Shown: positions 37,388-48,118 of the stretch, piece after piece
Numbering within the stretch: the stretch's first letter is position 1
Layout of the letters: every line of letters begins with the position of its first letter
Assembly: GCA_002010665.1 (NCBI GenBank)
Contig: MTON01000024.1
Coordinates: 76,999 to 140,998 of the forward strand
Origin: Candidatus Aminicenantes bacterium JdFR-78
GTDB taxonomy: Bacteria; Acidobacteriota; Aminicenantia; JdFR-78
DNA: 64,000 nt
Direction of reading: 5' to 3'
The notes under the pieces: model-generated
Database searches by the model: none
The model's input: only the letters and a program-made list of their open reading frames with translations
Told to the model about the DNA's origin: nothing
Position numbers and translations under genes: made by a program

Positions 37388-39031
37388 TCAATTATTAATA
37401 ACTATTCTTCCTGGAATATTTTTCCTTTCAATGAGTCTATAAACAGGATAAATGTTATATGTTCTTCTCCACTGAGGAATAATCCATTTATCAAAAAAAT
37501 TCCAAGTGAATAGACCATCATCACTTTGAGGCTCAAGAAGATATGCAATTAAATAAGCAAGTGGCTGTGCCATATCTACAAAATAGGTTCCCTCTGGGAA
37601 ACTTATTTCTTTCAGATTTTTTTCAATTTTGACCGTATTGAGATGATGCCCCTGATATGCTTTTTCTAAACTATTAAGTTCAATAATTTTATATTCTTCA
37701 ACCCTTAGAGTATATCTTTGAGTCAATCTCTCTACAGTAATTCCATGTTCAATTAATTTACCTACAATATCCTTTAAATTTTTTAAAATTAGATATCCGA
37801 ATGGAAGAGATATTTTTTCTTTTATTTCAATTTTTCCATAAAAGGGAACTATATAATTTTTCTTTTTATCGAGTTTTCTAATTCTTTTTCTACCTAATTC
37901 GTCTTTGTAGATTTCAAATTCATAACTTCTTATCAATAAATTATTCAGGATTCCTTTTTTAAATTTAATTCCGAATTCTTTTAATGGTTTAACTAAAAAT
38001 TGTTCAATGGTTCTTTTATCTGCATCATCAATTAATCTTCTTATTTCGCTGCAATGCTCATAGCAATACTCAAGTATTGATTGAAGAAAACCCTTGCAAG
38101 CGAAAATTCTAACCTTGTAAGGAGCATAAGCGTAATTTTCATTCAATATCGATATTCTATTTCTTAACCCAACATAATTTACTCCCATTCTTGGCACTGG
38201 TTCAAATCCAATCCATCCCTTTTCAGGAGCAGTTCTATCAGCAAAGTTTCCGTAAGGAATTGAGAGATATCCATGTTTTTCTTTGAGCTTTTTGGCCACA
38301 GTGGGCAAAAGTTTATCTCTTGTATATTCAAGTACTTTTAAATCTCCATTTGGATTCGTGGCGCCTGAGTAGGTTAAAGGCTCCTGATGATAAGAACCAT
38401 TGGTAGTATGAAGGTCAATAAAAACATCTGGATCCCATTTGTTTAATACATTAATGAGACTTTTCACTTCGGGTGACTCAATTTTAATAAAATCCCTATT
38501 TAAATCTAAATTCTGGCCATTATGTCGAATTCCGACTCCTTGGGAAGGGCCATTTTGATACGGTCTATGAGATGGATCAATTTTATCATTCCCATCTATG
38601 TTAAAAATTGGAATAATTAATATAACTTCCTTTTCCAATAAGTAATTAAGTTCTCCAAGGAGTATTTCTCTCATTAAAATCAAACTTGCCTCTTTACCTT
38701 CAACTTCTCCTCCATGTATGTTGGCATTTATTAAAATTGTTGTTTTTCCAGTTTTTTTTGCAAGACTTGGAAATTGAAAAACCGGTTTCGCTAAAACAAC
38801 TAATGGAATAGGATGTCCTTCATAAGAGTTTCCAATTATTAAAATTTTCATATCATTACTCATTTCTTTAAGCTTGTATATGTACTCCATAAGCTCTCTA
38901 TATGTGGATGTTCTCTGAAAATCGCTTAATTCTACAGGAGTTTTTAGGGATTCAATAGCAGAGAAAAGAAGATTCGAGGATAATAAGAAAGTAATTAATA
39001 TAAGAATTAGTACTTTAAACTTTTTTGCCAT
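37388..39031 (-). CDS. Secreted M14-family zinc carboxypeptidase
   Basis: Signal peptide, NIHGGEVEG (HxxE zinc ligands), NRDF and DLHT. Confidence 0.8.
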   Translation of the reverse strand: MAKKFKVLILILITFLLSSNLLFSAIESLKTPVELSDFQRTSTYRELMEYIYKLKEMSNDMKILIIGNSYEGHPIPLVVLAKPVFQFPSLAKKTGKTTILINANIHGGEVEGKEASLILMREILLGELNYLLEKEVILIIPIFNIDGNDKIDPSHRPYQNGPSQGVGIRHNGQNLDLNRDFIKIESPEVKSLINVLNKWDPDVFIDLHTTNGSYHQEPLTYSGATNPNGDLKVLEYTRDKLLPTVAKKLKEKHGYLSIPYGNFADRTAPEKGWIGFEPVPRMGVNYVGLRNRISILNENYAYAPYKVRIFACKGFLQSILEYCYEHCSEIRRLIDDADKRTIEQFLVKPLKEFGIKFKKGILNNLLIRSYEFEIYKDELGRKRIRKLDKKKNYIVPFYGKIEIKEKISLPFGYLILKNLKDIVGKLIEHGITVERLTQRYTLRVEEYKIIELNSLEKAYQGHHLNTVKIEKNLKEISFPEGTYFVDMAQPLAYLIAYLLEPQSDDGLFTWNFFDKWIIPQWRRTYNIYPVYRLIERKNIPGRIVINN

Positions 39032-39153
39032 TTAATCCTCCTTTTCAGCTTTTAAGGACAATAATTATAAATCTAATAATTTAAAAAAATCAATTAAATA
39101 TCTTTTTATCATTTGACTTATTCGTTTTAATGATGTATTTACTACATGTAAAA

Positions 39154-39795
39154 ATGATTAAATTTAGACATATTGCAATTGAAGGGCCGATTAAAGCAGG
39201 AAAGACAAAACTTGCAAAAATTCTTGCGGATAGATTTAAAGGAAGATTGATTTTAGATATAACAGATAATCCCTATTTAAAAGATTTTTATGAAGAAAAA
39301 GAAGGGGCTGCTTTTTTAGCCCAGCTTGTATTTTTGGTTAATCGATATCATCAGCAGGTTCAGTTATTTCAAAGAGATTTATTTAAAGAAATAATTATAT
39401 GTGATTATATATTTGAAAAAGATAAAATATACGCCTATCAAACTCTTACAGACGATGAGTTGATAGTTTATGAAAAAATTTTTAATATATTAGTTGAGAG
39501 AATTCCAAAGCCGGATTTGGTAATTTATTTACAGATTTCAAATGAAACCTTTATCAAAAGAGTTAGAGAAATGGGAAATGAAATTGAAAAGAATATTTCA
39601 GAAAGATATCTTGAAGATATAAATGAAGCTTTTGATTACTTTTTTTTTCATTACAAAGCAAGCCCTTTGCTTGTCATTAAAGCAGATAATTTATATTTAG
39701 ATAATGAGGAGGATGTAGAAGAGATTGTAGTTCAAATTGAACAGATGAGGAGGGGAACTCAATATTATGTTCCAGCCAAGAAAAACAGAAGGTAA
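39154..39795 (+). CDS. Deoxynucleoside kinase
   Basis: P-loop IAIEGPIKAGKTKL, with a DRY..D/ERS-like segment downstream. ATG 39154 places the P-loop at the usual distance from the N-terminus; the ORF track starts at 39130. Confidence 0.75.
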   Translation: MIKFRHIAIEGPIKAGKTKLAKILADRFKGRLILDITDNPYLKDFYEEKEGAAFLAQLVFLVNRYHQQVQLFQRDLFKEIIICDYIFEKDKIYAYQTLTDDELIVYEKIFNILVERIPKPDLVIYLQISNETFIKRVREMGNEIEKNISERYLEDINEAFDYFFFHYKASPLLVIKADNLYLDNEEDVEEIVVQIEQMRRGTQYYVPAKKNRR

Positions 39796-39900
39796 TATAG
39801 GACCGGAGCTACTAATTGCCCGGTACCTATTATATCAGATAAACTTTTTAAATACTTTACCTCAATCCTGGAATAACCAGGATGGGGAGAAAGGAGAAAA

Positions 39901-40773
39901 ATGGAAGAAAAAATATGTAAAGTTACTATTCCTTCCTTATTAAAGAAAAAAGAAAACAGAGAAAAAATCGTCGCGATTACGTCTTATGATTATCCAATAA
40001 CCAAAATAGTTGAAGAAGCAGGTATTGATTTGATTTTAGTAGGAGATTCACTTGGAATGGTAGTGCTTGGATATGATAATACTTTACCTGTATCCATGGA
40101 CGAAATGATTCACCATACAAAAGCAGTTGTGAGAGCAAGAAAAAAAGCAGTTATAGTTGGTGATATGCCTTTTTTATCATATCATCTAAGCATTGAGCAA
40201 GGACTTGAAAATGCATTCCGCTTTATAAAAGAAGCAGGAGCAGATGCAATTAAAATTGAAGGAGCAAGTCCAAAAAGGTTGGAGTTAATTAGAGCTTTGA
40301 GAGAAGCAGAGATACCGGTGATGGGACATATTGGTTTAACTCCTCAGTCTATTCTAAATTTCGGAGAATTTAAAGTCCAGGGCAAGAGCAGAGAGAAAGC
40401 TAAAAAATTAATTGAGGAAGCTCTTGCGCTAGAACAGGCAGGTGTGTTTTCCATAATTCTTGAATGCATTCCAATGGAACTTTCAAAAATCATAACAGAA
40501 AAAGTAAAAGTTCCTACAATAGGAATTGGTGCAGGGCCTTATTGTGATGGCCAAATACTAGTTTTTCATGATCTTGTTGGATATTTAAATGGTTACCTTC
40601 CAAAATTTGTGAAGAAATATGCTGATCTGCATAATGTTATACTGAATGCAGTAGAAGAATATATAAGGGAAGTAAAAAATGGGAAGTTTCCTTTGGATAA
40701 GCATTCTTATCATATGAAACCAGATGTCCTTGAGGAATTAGAGAAAAATTTTAAAACGGAGAAAGACTCATGA
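39901..40773 (+). CDS. panB: 3-methyl-2-oxobutanoate hydroxymethyltransferase
   Basis: ITSYDYP...[18 protein letters not shown] and GHIGLTPQS. Confidence 0.95.
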   Translation: MEEKICKVTIPSLLKKKENREKIVAITSYDYPITKIVEEAGIDLILVGDSLGMVVLGYDNTLPVSMDEMIHHTKAVVRARKKAVIVGDMPFLSYHLSIEQGLENAFRFIKEAGADAIKIEGASPKRLELIRALREAEIPVMGHIGLTPQSILNFGEFKVQGKSREKAKKLIEEALALEQAGVFSIILECIPMELSKIITEKVKVPTIGIGAGPYCDGQILVFHDLVGYLNGYLPKFVKKYADLHNVILNAVEEYIREVKNGKFPLDKHSYHMKPDVLEELEKNFKTEKDS

Positions 40774-41621
40774 AAACAGTTAAAACTATAGAAGAAATGA
40801 AGAAAATTATAAAGAGTTTGAAAGAGGAAAAGAAAGTTATTGGTTTTGTTCCTACAATGGGTTATCTTCATGAGGGCCATTTAAGTCTTATTAGAGAATC
40901 AGTAAAAAAAGTTGATAGAACGATAGTAAGTATTTTTGTAAATCCCACGCAATTTGGACCGGGTGAGGATTATGACAGATATCCCAGGGATATAGAAAGG
41001 GATAAAAGGCTTCTAGAAAAGGAAAAAGTTGACTATTTGTTTCATCCATCTGTTGAAGAAATGTATCCACCTGGTTATAAAACATATGTTGAGGTAATTG
41101 AATTGCAAGATAAATTATGTGGACGTTCAAGGCCAGGACATTTTCGAGGAGTATGTACTATTGTTTTGAAATTATTCAACATAATTCAGCCTAACATAGC
41201 ATTTTTTGGACAGAAAGATGCTCAGCAAGCAATAATTATTAAAAGAATGGTGAGAGATTTGAATCTTGATGTTGAAATAAAAGTAATGCCAATTGTAAGA
41301 GAAAAGGATGGACTTGCAATGAGTTCAAGGAATACGTATTTGAGTCCAGAAGAGAGAAAACAAGCAACAGTTCTTTATAGAAGTCTCCAGCTCGCAAAAG
41401 AACTCATAGAAAAAGGGGAAAAAAGTTCAGAGTTAATTATTTCAGAAATGAAGAAATTGATTGAAACAGAACCTTCTGCAAAAATTGATTATGTGGAAAT
41501 TGTGGATTTAGAAGAGTTAAATCCGATTAAAGAAATAAAAAATGAAGCACTTATCGCTTTGGCGGTTTATATAGGAAATACAAGATTAATTGACAATATA
41601 ATTGTAAATGGGAAATTGTAA
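40770..41621 (+). CDS. panC: Pantoate-beta-alanine ligase
   Basis: [25 protein letters not shown] and FGQKDAQQ. It overlaps panB by 4 nt. Confidence 0.95.
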   Translation: MKTVKTIEEMKKIIKSLKEEKKVIGFVPTMGYLHEGHLSLIRESVKKVDRTIVSIFVNPTQFGPGEDYDRYPRDIERDKRLLEKEKVDYLFHPSVEEMYPPGYKTYVEVIELQDKLCGRSRPGHFRGVCTIVLKLFNIIQPNIAFFGQKDAQQAIIIKRMVRDLNLDVEIKVMPIVREKDGLAMSSRNTYLSPEERKQATVLYRSLQLAKELIEKGEKSSELIISEMKKLIETEPSAKIDYVEIVDLEELNPIKEIKNEALIALAVYIGNTRLIDNIIVNGKL

Positions 41622-41693
41622 ATGGTAAAATATAAAATGATAAGAACTATTTTCGGTTTTCAATTTTCAATTTTTGAAATAAAAGAATAAAAA

Positions 41694-42056
41694 ATGAAAA
41701 GAATAATATTGAAATCAAAAGTTCATGGTGCAATAGTAACAGATATTAATATCAATTATGAGGGAAGTTTAACACTTGACGAAAAAATAATGGAAAGTGC
41801 AAATCTTATACCCTTTGAGCAAGTTCACGTCTATAATATTACAAATGGAGAAAGATTCACAACTTACATAATTAAAGGCGAAAAGGATTCAGGAATAGTC
41901 TGTGTCAATGGTGCAGCAGCCAGAAAAGTTTCAGTGGGAGATAAATTAATAATAGCTTCCTATGCTCTAATAGATGAAGATAAAATTAGCTCTTTTCAGC
42001 CGAAAATTGTTATTATTGAAGGAAAGAATAAAATAAAAGAAGTCAAAGAAAAATAA
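41694..42056 (+). CDS. panD: Aspartate 1-decarboxylase (pyruvoyl-dependent)
   Basis: LKSKVHGAIVTD..INYEGSLTLD contains the Gly-Ser self-cleavage site. Confidence 0.95.
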   Translation: MKRIILKSKVHGAIVTDININYEGSLTLDEKIMESANLIPFEQVHVYNITNGERFTTYIIKGEKDSGIVCVNGAAARKVSVGDKLIIASYALIDEDKISSFQPKIVIIEGKNKIKEVKEK

Positions 42057-42112
42057 AAAATGTCTCGCATAATAATTTGAGAAAAATTTAATTCTTTTTA
42101 TTTATTTTCTTA

Positions 42113-42910
42113 ATGATTGGCAGTATTTCAATAAAACTTAAACCATTAACAGAAGTAATATGTGAAGGCAGGGGAGAAGAGCATATTTACAGATTATTTA
42201 TTAATATTGTTAAAAAAGAAAATGAAGAAATAGCTGAGCAATTTCAAAATTTTAACGAAGATTTACCTGTTACTTTATCTCCGTTCCTAAAAGGGATTAA
42301 GTACTCAAAAGGAAAAACATATGCTTATTTGGGGGAATATCCTATATTTAGGATTACTTATTTAAAAGAAGAAATTCTTGAGATTATTTTGAAAAGTTTT
42401 AATTCTTGTTATGGTAAAAAGGAATTATTAAATTTTGCAAACGGAAAAGTTCAAATTGCAAAAGTGGATATACAAAAATCCTTCTATGCAAATTTTATAA
42501 CTTTTAAAAATATTCTTTCAAATGCAGAGGAAAAAGAAAATATAGTACTCGAATTTTCCTCACCGACAATTTTCGAAATTTCGGAAAAGAGACGGCTTTT
42601 TCCAGATCCAGAAATTGTTTTCTGTTCTCTTTTAGAGAAATGGAATAAATTCTCAAGTATAAAGTTGTCTGAACAAATAAAAAATGAGTTTGGAAAAATC
42701 GAAGTAATTCAGTATAGATTGACAACTGAATTTGTAAATTTCTCCAATAAAAAAATTCCAGGCTTCCTCGGAAAGGTAAATTATAGGTTATTGAAATCAA
42801 TGGATAAAAAGATAGTGAAATATCTAAATGCACTTGCTGATTTTTCCTTTTATTCAGGGGTTGGTTCAAAGACCATAATAGGAATGGGTCAAGCAAGAAG
42901 AGCAAATTAA
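42113..42910 (+). CDS. cas6: Cas6-like (RAMP superfamily) endoribonuclease, stand-alone
   Basis: 265 aa. The C-terminal glycine-rich loop FYSGVGSKTIIGMGQ fits the Cas6 G.G....G.G motif, and LPVTLSPFLKG resembles the conserved PFtfS segment. The size fits two RRM folds. There is no obvious Shine-Dalgarno sequence. Confidence 0.6.
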   Translation: MIGSISIKLKPLTEVICEGRGEEHIYRLFINIVKKENEEIAEQFQNFNEDLPVTLSPFLKGIKYSKGKTYAYLGEYPIFRITYLKEEILEIILKSFNSCYGKKELLNFANGKVQIAKVDIQKSFYANFITFKNILSNAEEKENIVLEFSSPTIFEISEKRRLFPDPEIVFCSLLEKWNKFSSIKLSEQIKNEFGKIEVIQYRLTTEFVNFSNKKIPGFLGKVNYRLLKSMDKKIVKYLNALADFSFYSGVGSKTIIGMGQARRAN

Positions 42911-42998
42911 TTTTTATATTTAAATCTACTTTTCAAAAAAACCGACTTATATAATAGAAGGGAAAAATTGAGATAATAAAACGCATAGGGAGGCTGAT

Positions 42999-43271
42999 AT
43001 GAACAAACGTGATATAGTAACAAAAATTGCTAAAAATTCAGAAATTACTATTCGCCAAGCCGAGAAAGCCTTGAGTTCTTTTTTATTGATTGTTGAAGAA
43101 GCATTAAAAAGGGGCACACAGGTAAAATTCGCAGGATTTGGAACTTTTTCTGTTATTGAGAGAAAGGCAAGAAAAGGAAGAAATCCATGCACAGGTGAAG
43201 AGATCAAGATCCCTGAAAGAAAAATTATTAGTTTTAAACCTTCACGGAAACTTTTAAATTCCATACAATAA
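42999..43271 (+). CDS. hup: HU-family DNA-binding protein
   Basis: MNKRDIV..IA....IT..QAEKAL.....V.EAL..G..V.F.GFGTF....R.AR.GRNP.TGE.I.IP. GGGAGG lies upstream. Confidence 0.95.
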   Translation: MNKRDIVTKIAKNSEITIRQAEKALSSFLLIVEEALKRGTQVKFAGFGTFSVIERKARKGRNPCTGEEIKIPERKIISFKPSRKLLNSIQ

Positions 43272-43451
43272 TAGATAATTAAATCCAGAACATTTATAAT
43301 AAAATAAATAAACGGTTATATTGGAATAGAAAAATCCGAAATTTAGGTTTATTTTAATCATTCCCATAATATATTTTTAATTAAATTTCCTCTTGTCTTT
43401 TTACAAAAGATCAATAAAAATATAGTCTATTATATAAAGGAGGGCTTGTTT

Positions 43452-44702
43452 ATGAAAAAAGGTTTGAATTTGGTGATTCTATTAATTGCTGCATTTATTT
43501 TTTCCCAAAAATTAATAAACAGTGAATCCTTATTTAGTGAAAAGATTGCTTTTTCGGATAAGGTTCAGAAAATTTTCTCTTTTATAGAGAAAAATAGAGA
43601 GAAAATTATTAAAGAATGGATTTTACTCACTGAAATACCAGCTCCATCTGGGTACGAGAGAGAAAGAGCTAAATATATGGAAAAAAAATTTAATGAAATA
43701 GGCTTGGAAAATGTTTATATTGATAAATTTGGAAATGTTATTGGAATATGGAAAGGAAATCCTAAGGGTAAAAATATAATTTTTTCAGCTCATATGGATA
43801 CGGTTTTTCAAGGGGTTTGGAAAATAAAAGTTAAAAGAGATGGAAATGTTCTAAAAGCTCCTGGAATTGGCGATGACACAGCAAGTTGCATTAATCTTCT
43901 ATGGACATTAAGAGCTTTAAAATATATTAACTTTAAACCATTTCATAATTACTATTTTCTGGCTACAGTTGGAGAAGAGATTGGATTTAAAGGAATGAGG
44001 CAATTTTTAGACAATTCAAATGAAAAATTTGATTATATTATTGCTTTGGATGGAGATCTTGGTAAACTTCACTATGGTGCGCTTGGTTTCGGTGGTGGAA
44101 AAATTGTTTTTAGAGGCTCGGGCGCTCATACAATGCAGAGCAGGGGAATTCCAAATCCAAATCTTGCAGTTGCAAAGGCAATTGATAGAATTTATAGAAT
44201 AGAGGTCCCTTCAAATCCTCCAGAAAAATGGACGATTTACAATGTTGGAAGGATAAATGGAGGAAAAGTTAACAATGCTGTTCCCCAGGAATCTTTCTTC
44301 ACAATTGATCTGCGCTCAGCAAATCAGGAAGAACTTGAGAAAGTTCAAAGAAAAATTGAAGAAATATGTCTTGAAGTAGCGAGAGAAACAGGTTGCAAAG
44401 TTGAGATTAATTTAAACAGAAAAGAAAAGGCTCATCAACTTCCAGGAGCAAGAAATTCTCTCCTTGTAAAAACTGCAGAGGATATTTTGAATTTTCTTGA
44501 AATAAAAGATATTAAAATTAACCCCCTTGGCTCAACAGAAGCAAACACAGGGATTGAAAGAGGTATTCCTTCAATAAATCTTGGGCGGACCTATTGTAGA
44601 TATAAACATAGTTTGAGAGAAGAAGCAGATATTGATGGACTTTTCCTTGCAATTAAACAAATAATTCTTATGATTTTATCTTTAGAGCAAGAGAAATATT
44701 AA
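43452..44702 (+). CDS. M20-family metallopeptidase (peptidase T/ArgE/DapE-like), secreted or membrane-anchored
   Basis: SAHMDTV, GIGDD and VGEEIG metal-ligand motifs. AAGGAGG lies 8 nt upstream of ATG 43452; the track starts at TTG 43446. Confidence 0.8.
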   Translation: MKKGLNLVILLIAAFIFSQKLINSESLFSEKIAFSDKVQKIFSFIEKNREKIIKEWILLTEIPAPSGYERERAKYMEKKFNEIGLENVYIDKFGNVIGIWKGNPKGKNIIFSAHMDTVFQGVWKIKVKRDGNVLKAPGIGDDTASCINLLWTLRALKYINFKPFHNYYFLATVGEEIGFKGMRQFLDNSNEKFDYIIALDGDLGKLHYGALGFGGGKIVFRGSGAHTMQSRGIPNPNLAVAKAIDRIYRIEVPSNPPEKWTIYNVGRINGGKVNNAVPQESFFTIDLRSANQEELEKVQRKIEEICLEVARETGCKVEINLNRKEKAHQLPGARNSLLVKTAEDILNFLEIKDIKINPLGSTEANTGIERGIPSINLGRTYCRYKHSLREEADIDGLFLAIKQIILMILSLEQEKY

Positions 44703-44710
44703 ATATTATT

Positions 44711-46414
44711 CTAAACAATCTCTTTTTTCAGAACTTTCCCAGGAAGAGTGCCTGTATGTTCCTTCTCTCTTATCACTACTTGTCCATTAACAATGACATA
44801 TTCTATGCCTTCTGGGTATTGATGGGGGTTTTCCCATGTTGCAAGATCAATTACTTTTTCTGGATTAAAAATAACTATGTCAGCAAAAAATCCTTCTTTA
44901 ATTTGTCCCCTTTTCTTTAGACCAAATTTTTTTGCATTTAGAGAGGTCATCTTTTTTATTGCTTCAGAAAGTGTAATAATTTTCTCCTCACGGACATATT
45001 TTCCCAATATTCTAGGGAATGTTCCATAATAGCGAGGATGTGGTTTGCCCTTATTTAATTTCCCATATGGAGCTACAGCATTTCCATCTGAGCCAATAGT
45101 TACAAGTGGATGGGAGAGTATTCTCTTTAAATTATCTTCATTCATCATGAAAGTTATCATTCCAACTCGATTTTTTTCTTCTATGATTAGATCTCTCATA
45201 AAATCATATGGGTCCTTTCCTGCTTCTTTAGCTGCTTCAAGGATGTTTTTTCCCTCAAGATGTTTATTTTTTTCTGTGAAAACAGAACATATCAAAACCT
45301 TTTCCCATGACCCAAGTTTTCTCTCTTGTTCCTTCACATAACTACGAATCTTTTGATCCAGAGAAGGGTCTTTTAATCTTGCTATAAATTCCTCTGTTGT
45401 TCCTTGTCTTGCCCACAGTGGGAAATAAAGGCTCAATCCTGTAGAACCTGCAATATAAGGATAACGGTCTGCCATAAGATCTATCCCTCTACTTTTTGCT
45501 TCATCTATTCTTTTTATGGCTGAATCAATTTTTGACCAATTTCTTGGATATGCAACTTTAAAATGAGATATCTGTAAGCTAACACCGGATTTTTTAGCAA
45601 TTTCAATAGCTTCATCAATCGCTTCTAAAAGATGGTCTCCTTCATCTCTCATATGAGTAGCATACACTCCATTCAATTTTGATACTGTTTTACAGAGATC
45701 TATGATTTCATCTGTTTTTGCAAAGCTTCCAGGTGCATATTCAAGACCAGTGGAGATCCCTAATGCACCTAACTTCATATTTTCTTCAACTAATTTTTTC
45801 ATTTTTTCCAGTTCTTCTTTTGTTGGAGGACGGTCATTAAATCCTACGACTTCTCCTCTAAGTGAACCCTGACCGAGTAATGTGGCATAATTCAGCGCTA
45901 TTCCTTTTTCTTCTAAACGTTTGAAAAATCCACTAATATCTCTCCAGTTTAATTCAAGATCATATTCTTTTTTTAGATATTCCTTTTGTTCTTCAAAAGT
46001 AGCATCAGGGATTGGAAATGGAGAATAACCGCAGTTTCCACTTATTTCAGTTGTTACGCCCTGTCTAATTTTACTTTCTGCTTTTGGATTAACTATTAAC
46101 TCTACATCTGTATGGCTATGAGCATCTATAAAACCAGGAGCAACTGCAAATCCTTCTGCTTCTATTATTTTTTTCGCTTTATTAGGATCTAAACTTCTTC
46201 CAATTTTGAAAATCGTTTCACCTTTAATGGCAATATCTACATTTTTTCCAGGATTACCAAGTCCATCATAAACTATGCCATTCTTTATTAATAAATCATA
46301 CTCTTTATTAGTTGAACAACCTTGAATTAGCAAATTCGAACCACTAAACCCGATTAAAACTGCTCCCTTTAAAGAGGTTTCAAGAAATTTTCTTCTGGAA
46401 ATTTTCTTATTCAT
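44711..46414 (-). CDS. D-aminoacylase-type amidohydrolase with a Tat-like signal
   Basis: SRRKFLETSL twin-arginine motif, the GFIDAHSH metal motif, and the length and pattern of N-acyl-D-amino-acid deacylases. Confidence 0.8.
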   Translation of the reverse strand: MNKKISRRKFLETSLKGAVLIGFSGSNLLIQGCSTNKEYDLLIKNGIVYDGLGNPGKNVDIAIKGETIFKIGRSLDPNKAKKIIEAEGFAVAPGFIDAHSHTDVELIVNPKAESKIRQGVTTEISGNCGYSPFPIPDATFEEQKEYLKKEYDLELNWRDISGFFKRLEEKGIALNYATLLGQGSLRGEVVGFNDRPPTKEELEKMKKLVEENMKLGALGISTGLEYAPGSFAKTDEIIDLCKTVSKLNGVYATHMRDEGDHLLEAIDEAIEIAKKSGVSLQISHFKVAYPRNWSKIDSAIKRIDEAKSRGIDLMADRYPYIAGSTGLSLYFPLWARQGTTEEFIARLKDPSLDQKIRSYVKEQERKLGSWEKVLICSVFTEKNKHLEGKNILEAAKEAGKDPYDFMRDLIIEEKNRVGMITFMMNEDNLKRILSHPLVTIGSDGNAVAPYGKLNKGKPHPRYYGTFPRILGKYVREEKIITLSEAIKKMTSLNAKKFGLKKRGQIKEGFFADIVIFNPEKVIDLATWENPHQYPEGIEYVIVNGQVVIREKEHTGTLPGKVLKKEIV

Positions 46415-46473
46415 TTTACCCTCCCATCTAAAGATAAAAAATCAAAAATGAAAAGTCAAAAGTTTGGAATTGG

Positions 46474-47793
46474 TTAAAAGTACCATTTAATAAACTCAAT
46501 ACCAATTGAAAACTTATTTTGACTCCCTGAATTTTTTAAATGAGATAGGTTTTCGAATTTAAAGAATGGTCTTAATTCAAGTTCTTTTCCAAAATCTAAA
46601 AATACTTTAAGACCAATAAAGGATTTTTTTGAATCTAATTTAAAAGTCACCTCAGTTCCCATATTTGTATTTTTTTTCAATGTATTCACTCCAAACCTGA
46701 AATTAAGGTCAAAATCATTTCTGAAATTACACCCACCTGAAATTTCATATCTCATTTTATTTTGTAATATTTCAAAGTCTTGTTGATTTCTCAGGCCCAT
46801 TCCTATTCCAAGAGAGGAACGAAATCTTTCACTTACATCAAGGGGAAGCTCAATTGTATAATTGCAGTACCCGAATAGATAAACAGATTGTTCATTAATT
46901 TTCCTTTCATATTCAACTTGAAGAGGATAAGCCATTTTTTCTGGCCAAAAAGTGCCAAAAAATTTTTCTCCTCTTAGAATTGGAGTTAAAGAACTTGCCT
47001 GTACAATTATTCTTCTCATGGAAGTCTTAAAGAAATCGATCCTAAATTCATTTTCAATACCAAGTTTATAATTTTCGTAAAAAGGATAAATTCCTATTCC
47101 AAGCTTTATTTTATTAATATAATTTTCTACTTTTCCATCAGATTTAATTCTCAATCCAATATATGTCATACTAGGATAACGATAGGTTTTTGTGTTTCTC
47201 AAGAATAAATCAAAGCTTTTATTTAATCCGAGAGAAAACTCTACTTCGTAAAGTATTTTTTTAAAATTTACAAATTTAAACTCACTATAAATTGAAAATT
47301 CACTTTCGAAAATTTTATCAAAATGAGTATTGAGAATTAATAGATTTCTGTAACTATTTTCTCCAATATATGTCCCAATTCCCAATGCTATAGAATTTTT
47401 GTTAAAATCAGTCCATATCTTTGCTATAACTTCATTTAAATCAAAAATTTTATAATTTTCTTGAGATGTCAGATGTCTACACATATGATAGAGGCCTGTT
47501 TCGATTCTGAGATTTTCTTTTATTTTGTAAAATAAGCTTCCATTTAGCCAGTAATCAATTTCTCCAATCAATTTGCTATTATTTCGCTGATAATACTTTG
47601 CTCCAATGAGTAAACCCAGAGAATTAAATGAAAAATAAAATTTTAATTCGGGCTTATAATACCTTCTTTCAAATGAATCAATTCCAATCTCAATATTGGC
47701 CTGTGTTTTATTCTTTTGATTTGCATAGTTGAGGGTAGAAATTAAGAATAAAAATACGATCCCCATACAAATTTTTTGAATTAAAAGTTTCAC
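46474..47793 (-). CDS. Hypothetical outer-membrane beta-barrel protein
   Basis: Signal-like N-terminus, alternating amphipathic strands rich in Y/F/G, and the terminal ...IEFIKWYF. Confidence 0.45.
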   Translation of the reverse strand: MKLLIQKICMGIVFLFLISTLNYANQKNKTQANIEIGIDSFERRYYKPELKFYFSFNSLGLLIGAKYYQRNNSKLIGEIDYWLNGSLFYKIKENLRIETGLYHMCRHLTSQENYKIFDLNEVIAKIWTDFNKNSIALGIGTYIGENSYRNLLILNTHFDKIFESEFSIYSEFKFVNFKKILYEVEFSLGLNKSFDLFLRNTKTYRYPSMTYIGLRIKSDGKVENYINKIKLGIGIYPFYENYKLGIENEFRIDFFKTSMRRIIVQASSLTPILRGEKFFGTFWPEKMAYPLQVEYERKINEQSVYLFGYCNYTIELPLDVSERFRSSLGIGMGLRNQQDFEILQNKMRYEISGGCNFRNDFDLNFRFGVNTLKKNTNMGTEVTFKLDSKKSFIGLKVFLDFGKELELRPFFKFENLSHLKNSGSQNKFSIGIEFIKWYF

Positions 47794-48118
47794 AATTTTA
47801 ATTTTTAATGTTTTTTTGTTAGCAATTTTTCCGTCAATTATTATTATTTCTACATTTATTTCTGAGTCAATTAATTTTCCTTTATTAATTTCGCCTTAAT
47901 TTTATCTACGTCCATCCTTTAATGCACTGTAAGAACATGTGAAATCCCTTATAAAATCCTTCTTTTTAGATTCAACTTTCTAATACAATAAATACCCTAT
48001 TCAGATTGAAAATACTTTCTCCTAATCCTTCTGTCAAGAAAAAAAATAAATAAACTTGATTTATGGCAGTCTTTTAATTTATATAGGAAAGAAGCAAAAT
48101 TATACACGAGGTGCAAAA

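Noticed and set aside
39796-39900. GC-richer short hairpins (CCGG...CCCGG, CCTGG-aataa-CCAGG) upstream of panB as a possible riboswitch
   Set aside because: The stems are only 4-5 bp and I recognise no known motif. The evidence is insufficient without covariation.
42504-43264. Minus-strand ORFs 42504..42905 and 42947..43264
   Set aside because: They are antisense to the Cas6-like and HU genes. The HU frame is unambiguous, so these are shadow ORFs.
42057-43445. CRISPR array or leader flanking the Cas6-like gene
   Set aside because: I read both flanks and the other intergenic gaps of the window. No regularly spaced direct repeats of 25-40 nt are present.
47794-48118. M-box (Mg2+) riboswitch upstream of corA
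   Set aside because: No M-box-like conserved segments were recognised. The region is AT-rich with only a weak promoter-like element.
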